NCBI GenBank assembly: GCA_965208835.1
Contig: OZ242358.1
Location: forward strand, 4,608,001 to 4,672,000
Direction of reading: 5' to 3'
Origin: Candidatus Latescibacterota bacterium
Lineage (GTDB): Bacteria; Latescibacterota; UBA2968; GCA-2709665
DNA length: 64,000 nt
Every line of letters begins with the position of its first letter. Position 1 is the first letter of the stretch. Below the pieces are notes generated by a model, which worked only from the letters and a program-made list of their open reading frames with translations, was not told where the DNA came from and did not search any database. A program made the position numbers and the translations under genes. Shown here piece by piece: positions 19,192-28,081 of this stretch.

Positions 19192-21171
19192 ATGGCCGAC
19201 GTCCCGGCGGAAAGCCTTCGAGATCGGACACCTGGCGAACGCAGCGGGGTGTGTGAGGAGGTACGGGACGGACTGACGGGCAGGTCCTTCCTTATCGGGC
19301 TCGCCCTGTGCCTCTTTCTTGCAGTTGTCATCCCGTACAACCGTATGGTGATTCAGGGCACGTCGCTCCACTTCTATTTCGTGGACCGGGGCGTTCTGTC
19401 CATCTTTCTCTTTCTCGTCCTTCCCGTAAACCTCGCCCTGAATCCGAAGCACAGACTGAACCGTGGAGAACTCCTGTGTATCTTTTCGATGCTTCTGGTG
19501 TCGATGCCCGCCCTGTGGATGGTCAAGTGGCTGATCGCCTTCCTGACCGGCGTGACCTACTACGCTTCTCCGGAGCGTCCCGACCTGGAAGCCGTACTGC
19601 CCCATATACTGCCCTGGACGGCCCCCCGTAACGCCGAGGCGGTGCGGGGATTCTACGAGGGGCTTCCGCACAGCGTTCCCCTGCCCTGGCTGGCATGGCT
19701 GGCCCCCCTGGCAAGTTGGGGGTCGTTTTTTTTAATTCTGTTCGGAGTGCTGTTATGCATCGCCGTGATATTCCGCAGGCAGTGGTCTGAGCACGAGCGA
19801 TTCGCGTTTCCGATTCTCCAGGTGCCGTTGGAAATGACGGAAACGGATGCCGGGCGCCTGGGACCCCTGTTCAGGAACCGATTGATGTGGGCGGGATTTG
19901 CAGTCCCGCTTCTGATCGGTACGATCAATGGGCTGAATCACTATTTCCATACGGTACCCCGGGTCCAGATGGGGACAATGCTGTGGATTTTCCAGGGGAC
20001 GACCCCGTTACCCCTGAGGATGCACTTTGCAATTCTCGGGTATTCCTACTTTGTGAACCTGGACGTGAGCCTCAGCATCTGGGTGTTCAACGTCATCTCG
20101 AAGGTCATCAGGGGGACGCTGGCGGTTTTCGGCGCGGAGTATACGGATGTCTCCGGGATGGTGGGCCGGTTCAGTTCCCGGGGGTCGTCGTTTCTTGCGC
20201 TGACAGGGATGGGATACATGCTGGTGCTGGCCGCGTACAGCGCATGGACGGCGCGCGGCCATCTGCGAGGGGTCTTTGCCAGGGCGTTCGGGACGTCGTC
20301 AACCGTCGACGATTCCGGTGAAGTCATCTCCTACCGTGCGGCGGTCTTCGGAACCCTGGGGGGCCTGGTATATCTTGGGTGCTGGTTGTACCAGGCGGGA
20401 ATGCCGCTCGCCCTGATCCTGTTTCTGTTTTTTTCCTGCATCGTCGTCTTTTTCGTTCTTGCGCGGATTGTGAGCGAGACGGGATTCGTGGCCACCTATT
20501 CGCCGATCAACCCGGCCGAGTTTGTGGTCTGCGCAACGGGTTCGTCGGCCTTCGGCCCGGGCGCGCTGGTGACGCTGGGGTTCGGTTACGCCTGGACGAT
20601 GACGCGAGTCAGCAACGTGATGCCCCGCGCCCTCGGGGCGCTGTGGCTGTCCAGCGGCATGAGGCGGAAGCGCGGCCTGATCTGGGCGATGGGCGCGGCG
20701 ATGGCGGTGGGGCTGGTGACCGCGAGTGCGATGACTCTGGATCTGGGCTATGGGCGGGGCGGTCTGAATCTGGACCGGCACTTTCGCGATTATTCGCGCA
20801 TCCCATTCGATGCCTTCGTGGGGACGCGCATGCTGGAGCCGAGTCCAGTTTTCTCGAAGGGTATGCTTTATACCGGACTCGGGATGGGAGTCGCGGGTCT
20901 GTTGACCCTGCTGAGGATGCGTCTCAGGTGGTGGCCTCTGCACCCGGTGGCGCTTCCTCTGAGTACGATCTGGTACACGGATACTTATTTTTTCAGTGTG
21001 TTTCTGGCCTGGGGGATGAAAGCGGCTGTGTTGAAATTCGGAGGAGCGACGCTGTACCGCAGGACCCGTCCGTTCTTCATGGGGATTATTCTGGGAGAGG
21101 CCACTGGGGCGGGCGTCTGGTGTATCGTGGACTATTTTTCAGGTGCGATCGGCAACAGAATCTTCGTATAG
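19192..21171 (+). CDS. DUF6785/DUF6784-like membrane protein (paralogue 3)
   Basis: Same motifs as the other two paralogues. Confidence 0.8.
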   Translation: MADVPAESLRDRTPGERSGVCEEVRDGLTGRSFLIGLALCLFLAVVIPYNRMVIQGTSLHFYFVDRGVLSIFLFLVLPVNLALNPKHRLNRGELLCIFSMLLVSMPALWMVKWLIAFLTGVTYYASPERPDLEAVLPHILPWTAPRNAEAVRGFYEGLPHSVPLPWLAWLAPLASWGSFFLILFGVLLCIAVIFRRQWSEHERFAFPILQVPLEMTETDAGRLGPLFRNRLMWAGFAVPLLIGTINGLNHYFHTVPRVQMGTMLWIFQGTTPLPLRMHFAILGYSYFVNLDVSLSIWVFNVISKVIRGTLAVFGAEYTDVSGMVGRFSSRGSSFLALTGMGYMLVLAAYSAWTARGHLRGVFARAFGTSSTVDDSGEVISYRAAVFGTLGGLVYLGCWLYQAGMPLALILFLFFSCIVVFFVLARIVSETGFVATYSPINPAEFVVCATGSSAFGPGALVTLGFGYAWTMTRVSNVMPRALGALWLSSGMRRKRGLIWAMGAAMAVGLVTASAMTLDLGYGRGGLNLDRHFRDYSRIPFDAFVGTRMLEPSPVFSKGMLYTGLGMGVAGLLTLLRMRLRWWPLHPVALPLSTIWYTDTYFFSVFLAWGMKAAVLKFGGATLYRRTRPFFMGIILGEATGAGVWCIVDYFSGAIGNRIFV

Positions 21172-21186
21172 GCGGCAATCTGCGAA

Positions 21187-22746
21187 ATGGGGAACGGAAT
21201 GGAAATCTTCGACATGAACTGCATGCTGGGGCCCACGCGCACCAACCGCGAGCCGTGCTTTCGGACACCCGAAGCGCTGCTGGCGGAGATGGATCGACTG
21301 GGTATCTCCGAAGCCCTGGTCTACGCGAGCCACGCCGCGATGGGACACCCGGCGGATGGGAACGCATGGGTGGTTGAGGCCACGCGTTCCCATCCGCGCC
21401 TCCACCCATGCTGGGCCGTTCTGCCCCCGGGTACGGGAGAACAGACCGAGCCGGATGAACTCGTGGCGCAGATGCGCGCGCAGGACGTGCGTGCCGCCAG
21501 GTTGTTTCCGGGTGTCCACGGCTTTCCGTTGCTGGAACGGATTCTTCGGCCGCTGCTGAGATCCCTTTCCGAAGCGGGAATCCCTCTGATACTTGACCAG
21601 GGGCGGACGAGCTGGAGCCAGCTCACGGACTGGCGCGCGGTCTTCGAGATCGCGGAAGCGCACCCCACGCTGCCGCTCGTGCTGATTCGCGAAGGCGGCA
21701 CGACCGCGAGGGCGCTTTACGGGGTGTGGGATGCGTTTCCCAACATTTACATCGAGGCGTCCTACATCCAGGAGTCGCGGATCGTGGAGGAGATTTCAGG
21801 ACGGTTCGGACACGGGCGCTTGTTGTTCGGGACGGGGATGCCGACCTGGGACCCGGGAGGTCCGCTGGGCCTTCTGACGGGCGCGCGAATTTCGCAGAAC
21901 CAGCGGGCCGATATCGCAGGAAACACCCTCAGGCGGTTGCTGGGTCTCCCGGAACGGGAGACCGGACCTGAACCGGACTGGCCCTGCGGCGGGCGCGGTT
22001 TCCGCGTGTTTGACGTCCATGGCCACCTCGGCAGATTTCATTCGAAGTACCACCGCGACTGGTCGGCCGAACAGATGGTGTCGCGCATGGACGAAGTGGG
22101 GGTTGAACGGTTTGCCGTCAGCCACTTTCTCGCGATCGGGGCCGACTACCGTGAAGGAAACACCCGGATCGGCGACGGCGTGGCAGCCTTTCCCGACCGG
22201 CTCGTGGGTTACGTGGTCTACAATCCGAACTACGAAACGGAGATGGCCGGTGAGATGGCGCGCGGGTTCGACGAACTCGGTTGCCGGGGCATCAAAATCC
22301 ACTGCGCGCTTCACGACACGTCGACCGAGGACCGTCGCTACCGTCTCGCGTTTCAGACGGCGCACGAGCGGAACTGCCCGATGCTCTGCCATGTCCACCG
22401 CGGGCCGTCTCCCGCGTTCCTGATGGATACGCTCGCCGCGTTCCCCAACGCGAAGTTCATCTATGCCCACCTCGGCGGAGGCAGCCGCGAGGGACTGGCG
22501 CCCTTTCTGGATGTCGCCCATGCACGGCCGAATCTGTTTTTCGATCTGGGTTACTCGAAAATGGCGCGCGGCACCCTCCCCTGGCTCGTCGAACATGCGC
22601 CCCCCGATCAGATCCTGTACGGATCGGACCATCCCGTAAACGGATTCCCCTATCAACTCGGACGGGTGCTCTACGCCGACATTCCCGACGGGTTGAAGCG
22701 CATGATATTGTGGGACAACGCGGCAAGGATATTCGGCGTGCAGTAA
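21187..22746 (+). CDS. amidohydrolase family protein with two tandem amidohydrolase_2 domains
   Basis: Domain 1: DMNCMLG..LFGTGMP. Domain 2: DVHGH..GIKIH..LCH..YAH..LYGSDHP..WDNAARIF. Confidence 0.8.
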   Translation: MGNGMEIFDMNCMLGPTRTNREPCFRTPEALLAEMDRLGISEALVYASHAAMGHPADGNAWVVEATRSHPRLHPCWAVLPPGTGEQTEPDELVAQMRAQDVRAARLFPGVHGFPLLERILRPLLRSLSEAGIPLILDQGRTSWSQLTDWRAVFEIAEAHPTLPLVLIREGGTTARALYGVWDAFPNIYIEASYIQESRIVEEISGRFGHGRLLFGTGMPTWDPGGPLGLLTGARISQNQRADIAGNTLRRLLGLPERETGPEPDWPCGGRGFRVFDVHGHLGRFHSKYHRDWSAEQMVSRMDEVGVERFAVSHFLAIGADYREGNTRIGDGVAAFPDRLVGYVVYNPNYETEMAGEMARGFDELGCRGIKIHCALHDTSTEDRRYRLAFQTAHERNCPMLCHVHRGPSPAFLMDTLAAFPNAKFIYAHLGGGSREGLAPFLDVAHARPNLFFDLGYSKMARGTLPWLVEHAPPDQILYGSDHPVNGFPYQLGRVLYADIPDGLKRMILWDNAARIFGVQ

Positions 22747-22779
22747 CTGACCCCGAATCAAGCTTGGAGGTCATCATCC

Positions 22780-24492
22780 ATGAAAATCGGCATTCTGACC
22801 CGTCCGCCCGATCTATCGGACTACATCGCTGAGATTTTCACAACCTGGGGGCTTCGCGCTTACAATCGGATCCTCCAGGATCAGATCAAGACCCTGGATC
22901 CTGCGTCGACTCCCGTGCTGGTCTGCCCGGCAGCAGAAAGGGATGACCGGACACACGAGGATCTGATCGGATATGCGCGGCGCGGCGGCACCGTCGTGAC
23001 GTTCCTTCCCCGAGACAGACTGGCCGACGCCACGGGGCTCGTCTGCGAGGGCGCCAGGGCCGCGCCGCTTCGCCTGCGTCCGGCACGCTATCCGGCAGGG
23101 GGGGTTTCGGGCGAGGACTTTCCGGTTGTCGGGGAGGCGGGTCATTACACTGAGAAATCTGAGGCGGGAGTTGGTATTGCCTATCTCTACCATCCGGACA
23201 CATTCGAAGGAGAGTCCGTCGGGATTATCGAAACGCCATTTGGAAAGGGAAGGATCCTGGCGTTCGCTTTCGACCTGCCCGCGTGCGTGTTCACCCTCCG
23301 CCAGGGGGACCCGCGCCAGGTCGAGCGGGCCGTGGGCGGCAACGCAAGGGCAGATTCCATCGGAATCGATCTCGGGCCGGCGGACAGCGGCCTGGTTCCA
23401 TTTGCCGATCTGCTGGCGCGGTGGCTGGTGGAACTGGTCTGCCGGTTCGTTCCGGCGCCAGTCCCCCTGCTCTGGCACCTGCCGGGCGATGCAGCCGCGA
23501 TCGTGCTCTATTCGGGCGACGAGGACGGAGCGAAGATTTCCGCTACGGAACAGGAATTCCGGGAGGTAACGGCGGCCGGTGCGCGCATGAATCTATACAT
23601 CATTCCCATCGGGACGGATTCGACGGCCGCGGACGTGCAGCGGTATCGGCAATACCACGACGTGGGGCCGCACCCGAACCTCCGGTCCCTGGACGGACGG
23701 CCGATAGCGGAGCGCGTGGCCGAATTCGAGCGGCAGATTCTGCTGTTCGAGGAGATGTACGGGTTCAGGCCCACGAGCGTACGCAACCACTGCCTCTCCT
23801 GGGCGGGTTACATGGAACTGGTGGAGGTGCAGGCCCGCCTGGGCATCCGGATGGATGCGAACTTCTTGTGCTCGGCCTACATGCGGGACCGCTGCAGCAG
23901 CCCGTACCACCTGAGAGGCGCGGCCATGCCAATGCGTTTCTGTCATCCTGGCGGGCGCCTGATTGACGTACTGCAGCAGCATACCCATCTGTCCGACGAC
24001 GTCTGGTTCCAGGAAGACGCACCAAAGTCCTTTCACTATTCGCCGGAGATGTACGGCGCGCTGGCAGAACGCATCCTCGACGACAGCGCCACGCGGTTCC
24101 ACGTGCCCTACGGTGTGATCCTTCACCCGGGAAACTGGGTGAGATATTCGAGGGCGCACGGGCTTGTTCTGCTTGAAAAGGCCGCGGAACGGAATGTACC
24201 AGTCTGGTCCTACGATCAGTGGTGCAATTTCTGGCTGATGAGGGATCAATGGCGCGTGGAACGGCTCTCCTGGCACGATCAGACGCTAAGATTCACGGCC
24301 TCGGGCGCGCCTGCCGACGGAAATCTGCGCTGGTTGATTCCGGCGGAATTCGGCGGAAGGGCGCTGGAGGAAGTTCGGGTCGATGGCCGGCCGGCGCCGT
24401 TCGGGATCGTGACCCGATACCGCCAGGATTTCGCGCAGGTGGCATTGGGTGACGGCGTCGACAGTTGCGACATAGCGGCTGCTTACAGCTGA
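22780..24492 (+). CDS. putative polysaccharide deacetylase-like (CE4/NodB-like) protein with an N-terminal GATase-like domain
   Basis: GYARRGGTVV N-terminal domain; SGDED, GPHP, RNH and ILHP motifs; RBS ggagg. Confidence 0.55.
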   Translation: MKIGILTRPPDLSDYIAEIFTTWGLRAYNRILQDQIKTLDPASTPVLVCPAAERDDRTHEDLIGYARRGGTVVTFLPRDRLADATGLVCEGARAAPLRLRPARYPAGGVSGEDFPVVGEAGHYTEKSEAGVGIAYLYHPDTFEGESVGIIETPFGKGRILAFAFDLPACVFTLRQGDPRQVERAVGGNARADSIGIDLGPADSGLVPFADLLARWLVELVCRFVPAPVPLLWHLPGDAAAIVLYSGDEDGAKISATEQEFREVTAAGARMNLYIIPIGTDSTAADVQRYRQYHDVGPHPNLRSLDGRPIAERVAEFERQILLFEEMYGFRPTSVRNHCLSWAGYMELVEVQARLGIRMDANFLCSAYMRDRCSSPYHLRGAAMPMRFCHPGGRLIDVLQQHTHLSDDVWFQEDAPKSFHYSPEMYGALAERILDDSATRFHVPYGVILHPGNWVRYSRAHGLVLLEKAAERNVPVWSYDQWCNFWLMRDQWRVERLSWHDQTLRFTASGAPADGNLRWLIPAEFGGRALEEVRVDGRPAPFGIVTRYRQDFAQVALGDGVDSCDIAAAYS

Positions 24493-24534
24493 CGGAAGCC
24501 GTGTCGCCGGTACAAAACACGAGGAGGTGGCGAT

Positions 24535-25176
24535 ATGCAAAAACTGGTCTTTCTGGGCATCGGTTCCAACAATTCGGACATTCTGGACGCCGTAACGGAA
24601 ATCAATGCCCTGGAGCCGACCTACGAGGTGATGGGGTACGTGACGCGCAACGGCGAACCCGTAAACAAGGGCGGCCTGAAGCACCTGGGGGACTTCGACA
24701 CGGTACGTGACCTGCCGGAAGACGTTCAAATCACCGGATTTGCGTTCGGCCCGGGGAGTTATCATGCCTGGCCGGGCACGGTGGCCGGACTGGCCCTGCC
24801 GCGGGAGCGATTCGCCACAATTGTCCATCCCCACGCGTTCGTTTCCCCGCAAAGCACCGTGGGGCGGGGATCGGTTATTCTGGCGGGAACGACGGTGGGC
24901 GCATTCGTTACCATCGGCGATCACGTGATTATCCTGCAGAACGTGGGACTGTCCCACGACGACGTGATCGAGGATTACACCTGCCTTGCGGTTGGGGTGA
25001 GTTTTTCGGGAAGCGTACGGGTGGGACGAAACTGTTTCCTGGGAACGAACTCCACGATAATCGGCGCAACGATCGGCGAGGGAAGCATGGTGGGCGCCGG
25101 GACCCTCATCCTCCACGACGTGCCCGCGGGCGAGGTCTGGGTGGGCAATCCCGGAAGGTATCTCAGGAAGGTCTGA
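24535..25176 (+). CDS. NeuD/PglD-like sugar acetyltransferase (hexapeptide repeat)
   Basis: ATIVHPHA, left-handed beta-helix repeats, LSHD catalytic His, VGNPGR. Confidence 0.85.
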   Translation: MQKLVFLGIGSNNSDILDAVTEINALEPTYEVMGYVTRNGEPVNKGGLKHLGDFDTVRDLPEDVQITGFAFGPGSYHAWPGTVAGLALPRERFATIVHPHAFVSPQSTVGRGSVILAGTTVGAFVTIGDHVIILQNVGLSHDDVIEDYTCLAVGVSFSGSVRVGRNCFLGTNSTIIGATIGEGSMVGAGTLILHDVPAGEVWVGNPGRYLRKV

Positions 25177-25218
25177 ACCCGGCGAACGTGACCGGCGACC
25201 GGACCCCCGGGTGAACCA

Positions 25219-25902
25219 TTACCACAGCCAGCCGCGGCGTCCCCCTTCACGGTCTTCCGGCGTTTTTCCGATCACAATATCGAAATTCGCGGTCAGTTCT
25301 CCAATTTCGGATCCGGGCAACGGCTTGAACGGAACCGACAACAGATCGTGTGAAGCGCGGCCGGACCTTCGAAATATGGAGTCTCGCTCGTTGTCCGGGT
25401 TGCCCTTGACGTACATCTGCGTGGTCAGAACCCGGCGGCCGTTCCTGTTAATCGCGAAATGAATGTGGGCGGCCCGGGCGCCAGAATATCTGACGGGTTT
25501 GATCGTACGAAAGCGGTATTCCCCCGCGGCGCCCGTTTCGAATCTTCCGAACCCCTGGAAGTTCAAGTCCCGCCTGTCTTTCCGCGGGGCATCGGTATGA
25601 ATGTAGACGCCGTTGCTGTCGACCTGCCAGATCTCTACCTGCGCATTCTTCACGGGTTGGCCGCTCACGTCGATGACGCGCCCGGTCAGATGCGTGATTT
25701 CTCCCACCGCCGGCGTGATCGCGTCGTTGATGATCAGAAGGTCGTTATCCACGTCCAGCGGCATCCGGTCCGGGTAGAAGGGACCCTCGGTCTGCCGTGG
25801 GGTTCGAATCAGTTCCTCGGCAAAGGCCCCCGGCGTCACGAGCGCCACCGCGCCCAGCGTACCTGCCTGACAAAGAAAACGCCTGCGATCAATCGTCATC
25901 AC
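25219..25902 (-). CDS. intradiol ring-cleavage dioxygenase-like protein with a Tat signal
   Basis: DRRRFL Tat motif, TEGPFYP, EIWQVDSNGVY, FRTIKP.RY...AHIHF, TTQMY. Confidence 0.85.
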   Translation of the reverse strand: MMTIDRRRFLCQAGTLGAVALVTPGAFAEELIRTPRQTEGPFYPDRMPLDVDNDLLIINDAITPAVGEITHLTGRVIDVSGQPVKNAQVEIWQVDSNGVYIHTDAPRKDRRDLNFQGFGRFETGAAGEYRFRTIKPVRYSGARAAHIHFAINRNGRRVLTTQMYVKGNPDNERDSIFRRSGRASHDLLSVPFKPLPGSEIGELTANFDIVIGKTPEDREGGRRGWLW

Positions 25903-26015
25903 GGCCTCCCCGGAAGATAAACGATCGGTTGAACACCGTCATTTAGACCGCTCTCCAGCCGGGATAGTTCCAATGAGGGGGTTTAATGTGAGTCCTGTTC
26001 CCGGTCCTACACCAG

Positions 26016-27269
26016 CTAATGATTATAGATAAGGTGCAATTCGAGGAAACTGTCTCGCCTGCTGGCGTAGGACAGGTCGCCCGCGTCGACGTCGAGAAGT
26101 GCAATCGCCTCCAGATGCAGGGAAAACCTGCCTGAGATTCGCCGGTTCAATTCGAACGTCAACACGCGCGTGGTCGTGTCGAAATCGTTCATCATGCTAC
26201 CGAGCACTTCGGTACTCTGGACGTCGTTGAACGCGAGCCGAGCGGCCAGGAAGAGGTCGTTTTGAAAGATATTCGTCGCATTCCGGCCGCGACCGTCGTA
26301 GTTCCATTCCCCGATCACGCTCAGTTCGGCTGCGGAACCCAATACGGAATAGATCGTATACTCGCCGCCCAGCGTCGCAGCGACGTAATCCTCTTCCACA
26401 CCTCGACGGTCCCGTGCGCCGGCCCGCCCCAGCGCTTCGAGCTTGAACAGCCAGGGTCCGGCGGTCACCTGGGCGTCCATCCCAAACTGGCGTATCCGTT
26501 CATATCCGGGTATCAGGAACGGCCCGCCGTTTCGGTCGATGCCGTGCGACAGCAGAGGATCACGGCTATTCCCATCGAAAACGCTGACACCCACGTCCAT
26601 GTCACCGGCACTACGACTGAAGCGCGCAGCGAATTCCGGATGCCACCGACCGGCGTCGTTCTCGTAAGAAACCCGCTCATTGTCTACAATGAGCGGGAAC
26701 CGCAAACGGCCGGAGCGCCCGGGAAACGTCCTGGGCCGGTGCCAGGTCATTCCGAACAGCTCGACCGCGCCCCAGTCTCCGGACAATGTGATATGGACCA
26801 TTGGCTGGCCCAGCGTGGGTTCCTTGTACGGGTGTTCCACGAGGTCGATCTGGTTGACGACATTCACCAGGCGGCGCGATTCGGTCACACCCCAGAATAC
26901 CCTGTCGACGCCCAGACGCAATTCCCATTCCTGACTGCGGATCTCGCCGAAGAACAGGAGATAGGCTTCCCGAAGATCGACATGGGTGCGCTGTTCGTCC
27001 CCGGCGTCGAAGCGGAAGAACGGCGCCAGGGTAAAGCTTCTGCCCCGGACGTCTTCGACGTAGAACCTGGGTTCGGCCACGACGCCACTGCCATGCGGTC
27101 GCTGGCCTGAATAGGCGCCGGTTTTGGGATACCAGCGGCTCTCGACGCTCAGGCGCCCGGTCAATTCCCGCGTTTCGATCTGGGCAACGGCATCGCCGAA
27201 TAATATGGGCGCAAGAATCCAGGCACCGAACAGCTGCGCGCATTGGAAGATAACACGGTTCGGCATCAA
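26016..27269 (-). CDS. putative outer-membrane beta-barrel protein associated with the MMPL/LolA-like module
   Basis: Signal peptide, DLREAY, GVDRVFWGVTE, amphipathic beta strands, C-terminal LELHLIYNH; overlaps the upstream stop codon. Confidence 0.65.
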   Translation of the reverse strand: MMPNRVIFQCAQLFGAWILAPILFGDAVAQIETRELTGRLSVESRWYPKTGAYSGQRPHGSGVVAEPRFYVEDVRGRSFTLAPFFRFDAGDEQRTHVDLREAYLLFFGEIRSQEWELRLGVDRVFWGVTESRRLVNVVNQIDLVEHPYKEPTLGQPMVHITLSGDWGAVELFGMTWHRPRTFPGRSGRLRFPLIVDNERVSYENDAGRWHPEFAARFSRSAGDMDVGVSVFDGNSRDPLLSHGIDRNGGPFLIPGYERIRQFGMDAQVTAGPWLFKLEALGRAGARDRRGVEEDYVAATLGGEYTIYSVLGSAAELSVIGEWNYDGRGRNATNIFQNDLFLAARLAFNDVQSTEVLGSMMNDFDTTTRVLTFELNRRISGRFSLHLEAIALLDVDAGDLSYASRRDSFLELHLIYNH

Positions 27270-28081
27270 CGCGTCCGCTTCAATCCGGTGCGCGAAAAGT
27301 CCCTGACACCAAGTTCAGTCCGGAACTTGTAGCCCGTCCAGGACAGCACCGTGCTTTTCCCGGTGAGGTGATTGACCATGGTCATCACCCCCGCGCGCCA
27401 GTAACGACCCAGATACAGCTCATAGTTCTCCAGCGTAAGCGTCTTCAGATGCGCGTCCCTGCGGTCGTAGTACTCCACTTTCCGGACGCGAAGCTCGTCC
27501 CTGTCGCGCCACACCACCTGGCGGGTGTAGCCCGATTTCTTGTCCGTGGGGTAGCGTTCCGTTACGGTGCATGTACTATTGTCGCACGGCTCGTCACGCA
27601 GGTAGCGGTAGGTGAATTTCTCCACGGCCTGGGCGGTCATGTCTTCATAGGCGAACTCACTGCCCATGAAGGAACCGGACCGGTTCGACGAACTGATCCG
27701 CTTGACGCGCTTCAAGGCTGGCAGATAGAGCCATTGATCGTCCGCCCGGTCCCGGTGCGCGTGAACGAGAAGCGCCGTTCCCCGGACGTCGCGCGGCTCG
27801 TCAAATACAAACAGGCTCTTGTCGCCGGCTCCCGGTACCTCGAGGACCTTTACGCGGAGCTGGCGCCGGCTCTCCTGACCGTGCTTGTTGCGAAGCACCA
27901 TGACCTGCTGTGCCGTGAAGTTGCCAAAACCTTCCTCCCGGGCGCGGGATTCCCGGGCAATACTCAGGCCGGTTGCATCGGACACGGGGTTCTGCGAGGA
28001 AACGGACGCCGGCGCACCGATGCCCGCAGCGACAATCAGCCACGGCATCGAAGACGCGAACACCCTGCGAGAGTAACTCAT
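27266..28081 (-). CDS. outer membrane lipoprotein-sorting (LolA-like) protein
   Basis: FDEPRDVRGTALL, DDQWLYLPALKRVKRI, SFMGSEFAYED motifs. Confidence 0.85.
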   Translation of the reverse strand: MSYSRRVFASSMPWLIVAAGIGAPASVSSQNPVSDATGLSIARESRAREEGFGNFTAQQVMVLRNKHGQESRRQLRVKVLEVPGAGDKSLFVFDEPRDVRGTALLVHAHRDRADDQWLYLPALKRVKRISSSNRSGSFMGSEFAYEDMTAQAVEKFTYRYLRDEPCDNSTCTVTERYPTDKKSGYTRQVVWRDRDELRVRKVEYYDRRDAHLKTLTLENYELYLGRYWRAGVMTMVNHLTGKSTVLSWTGYKFRTELGVRDFSRTGLKRTR

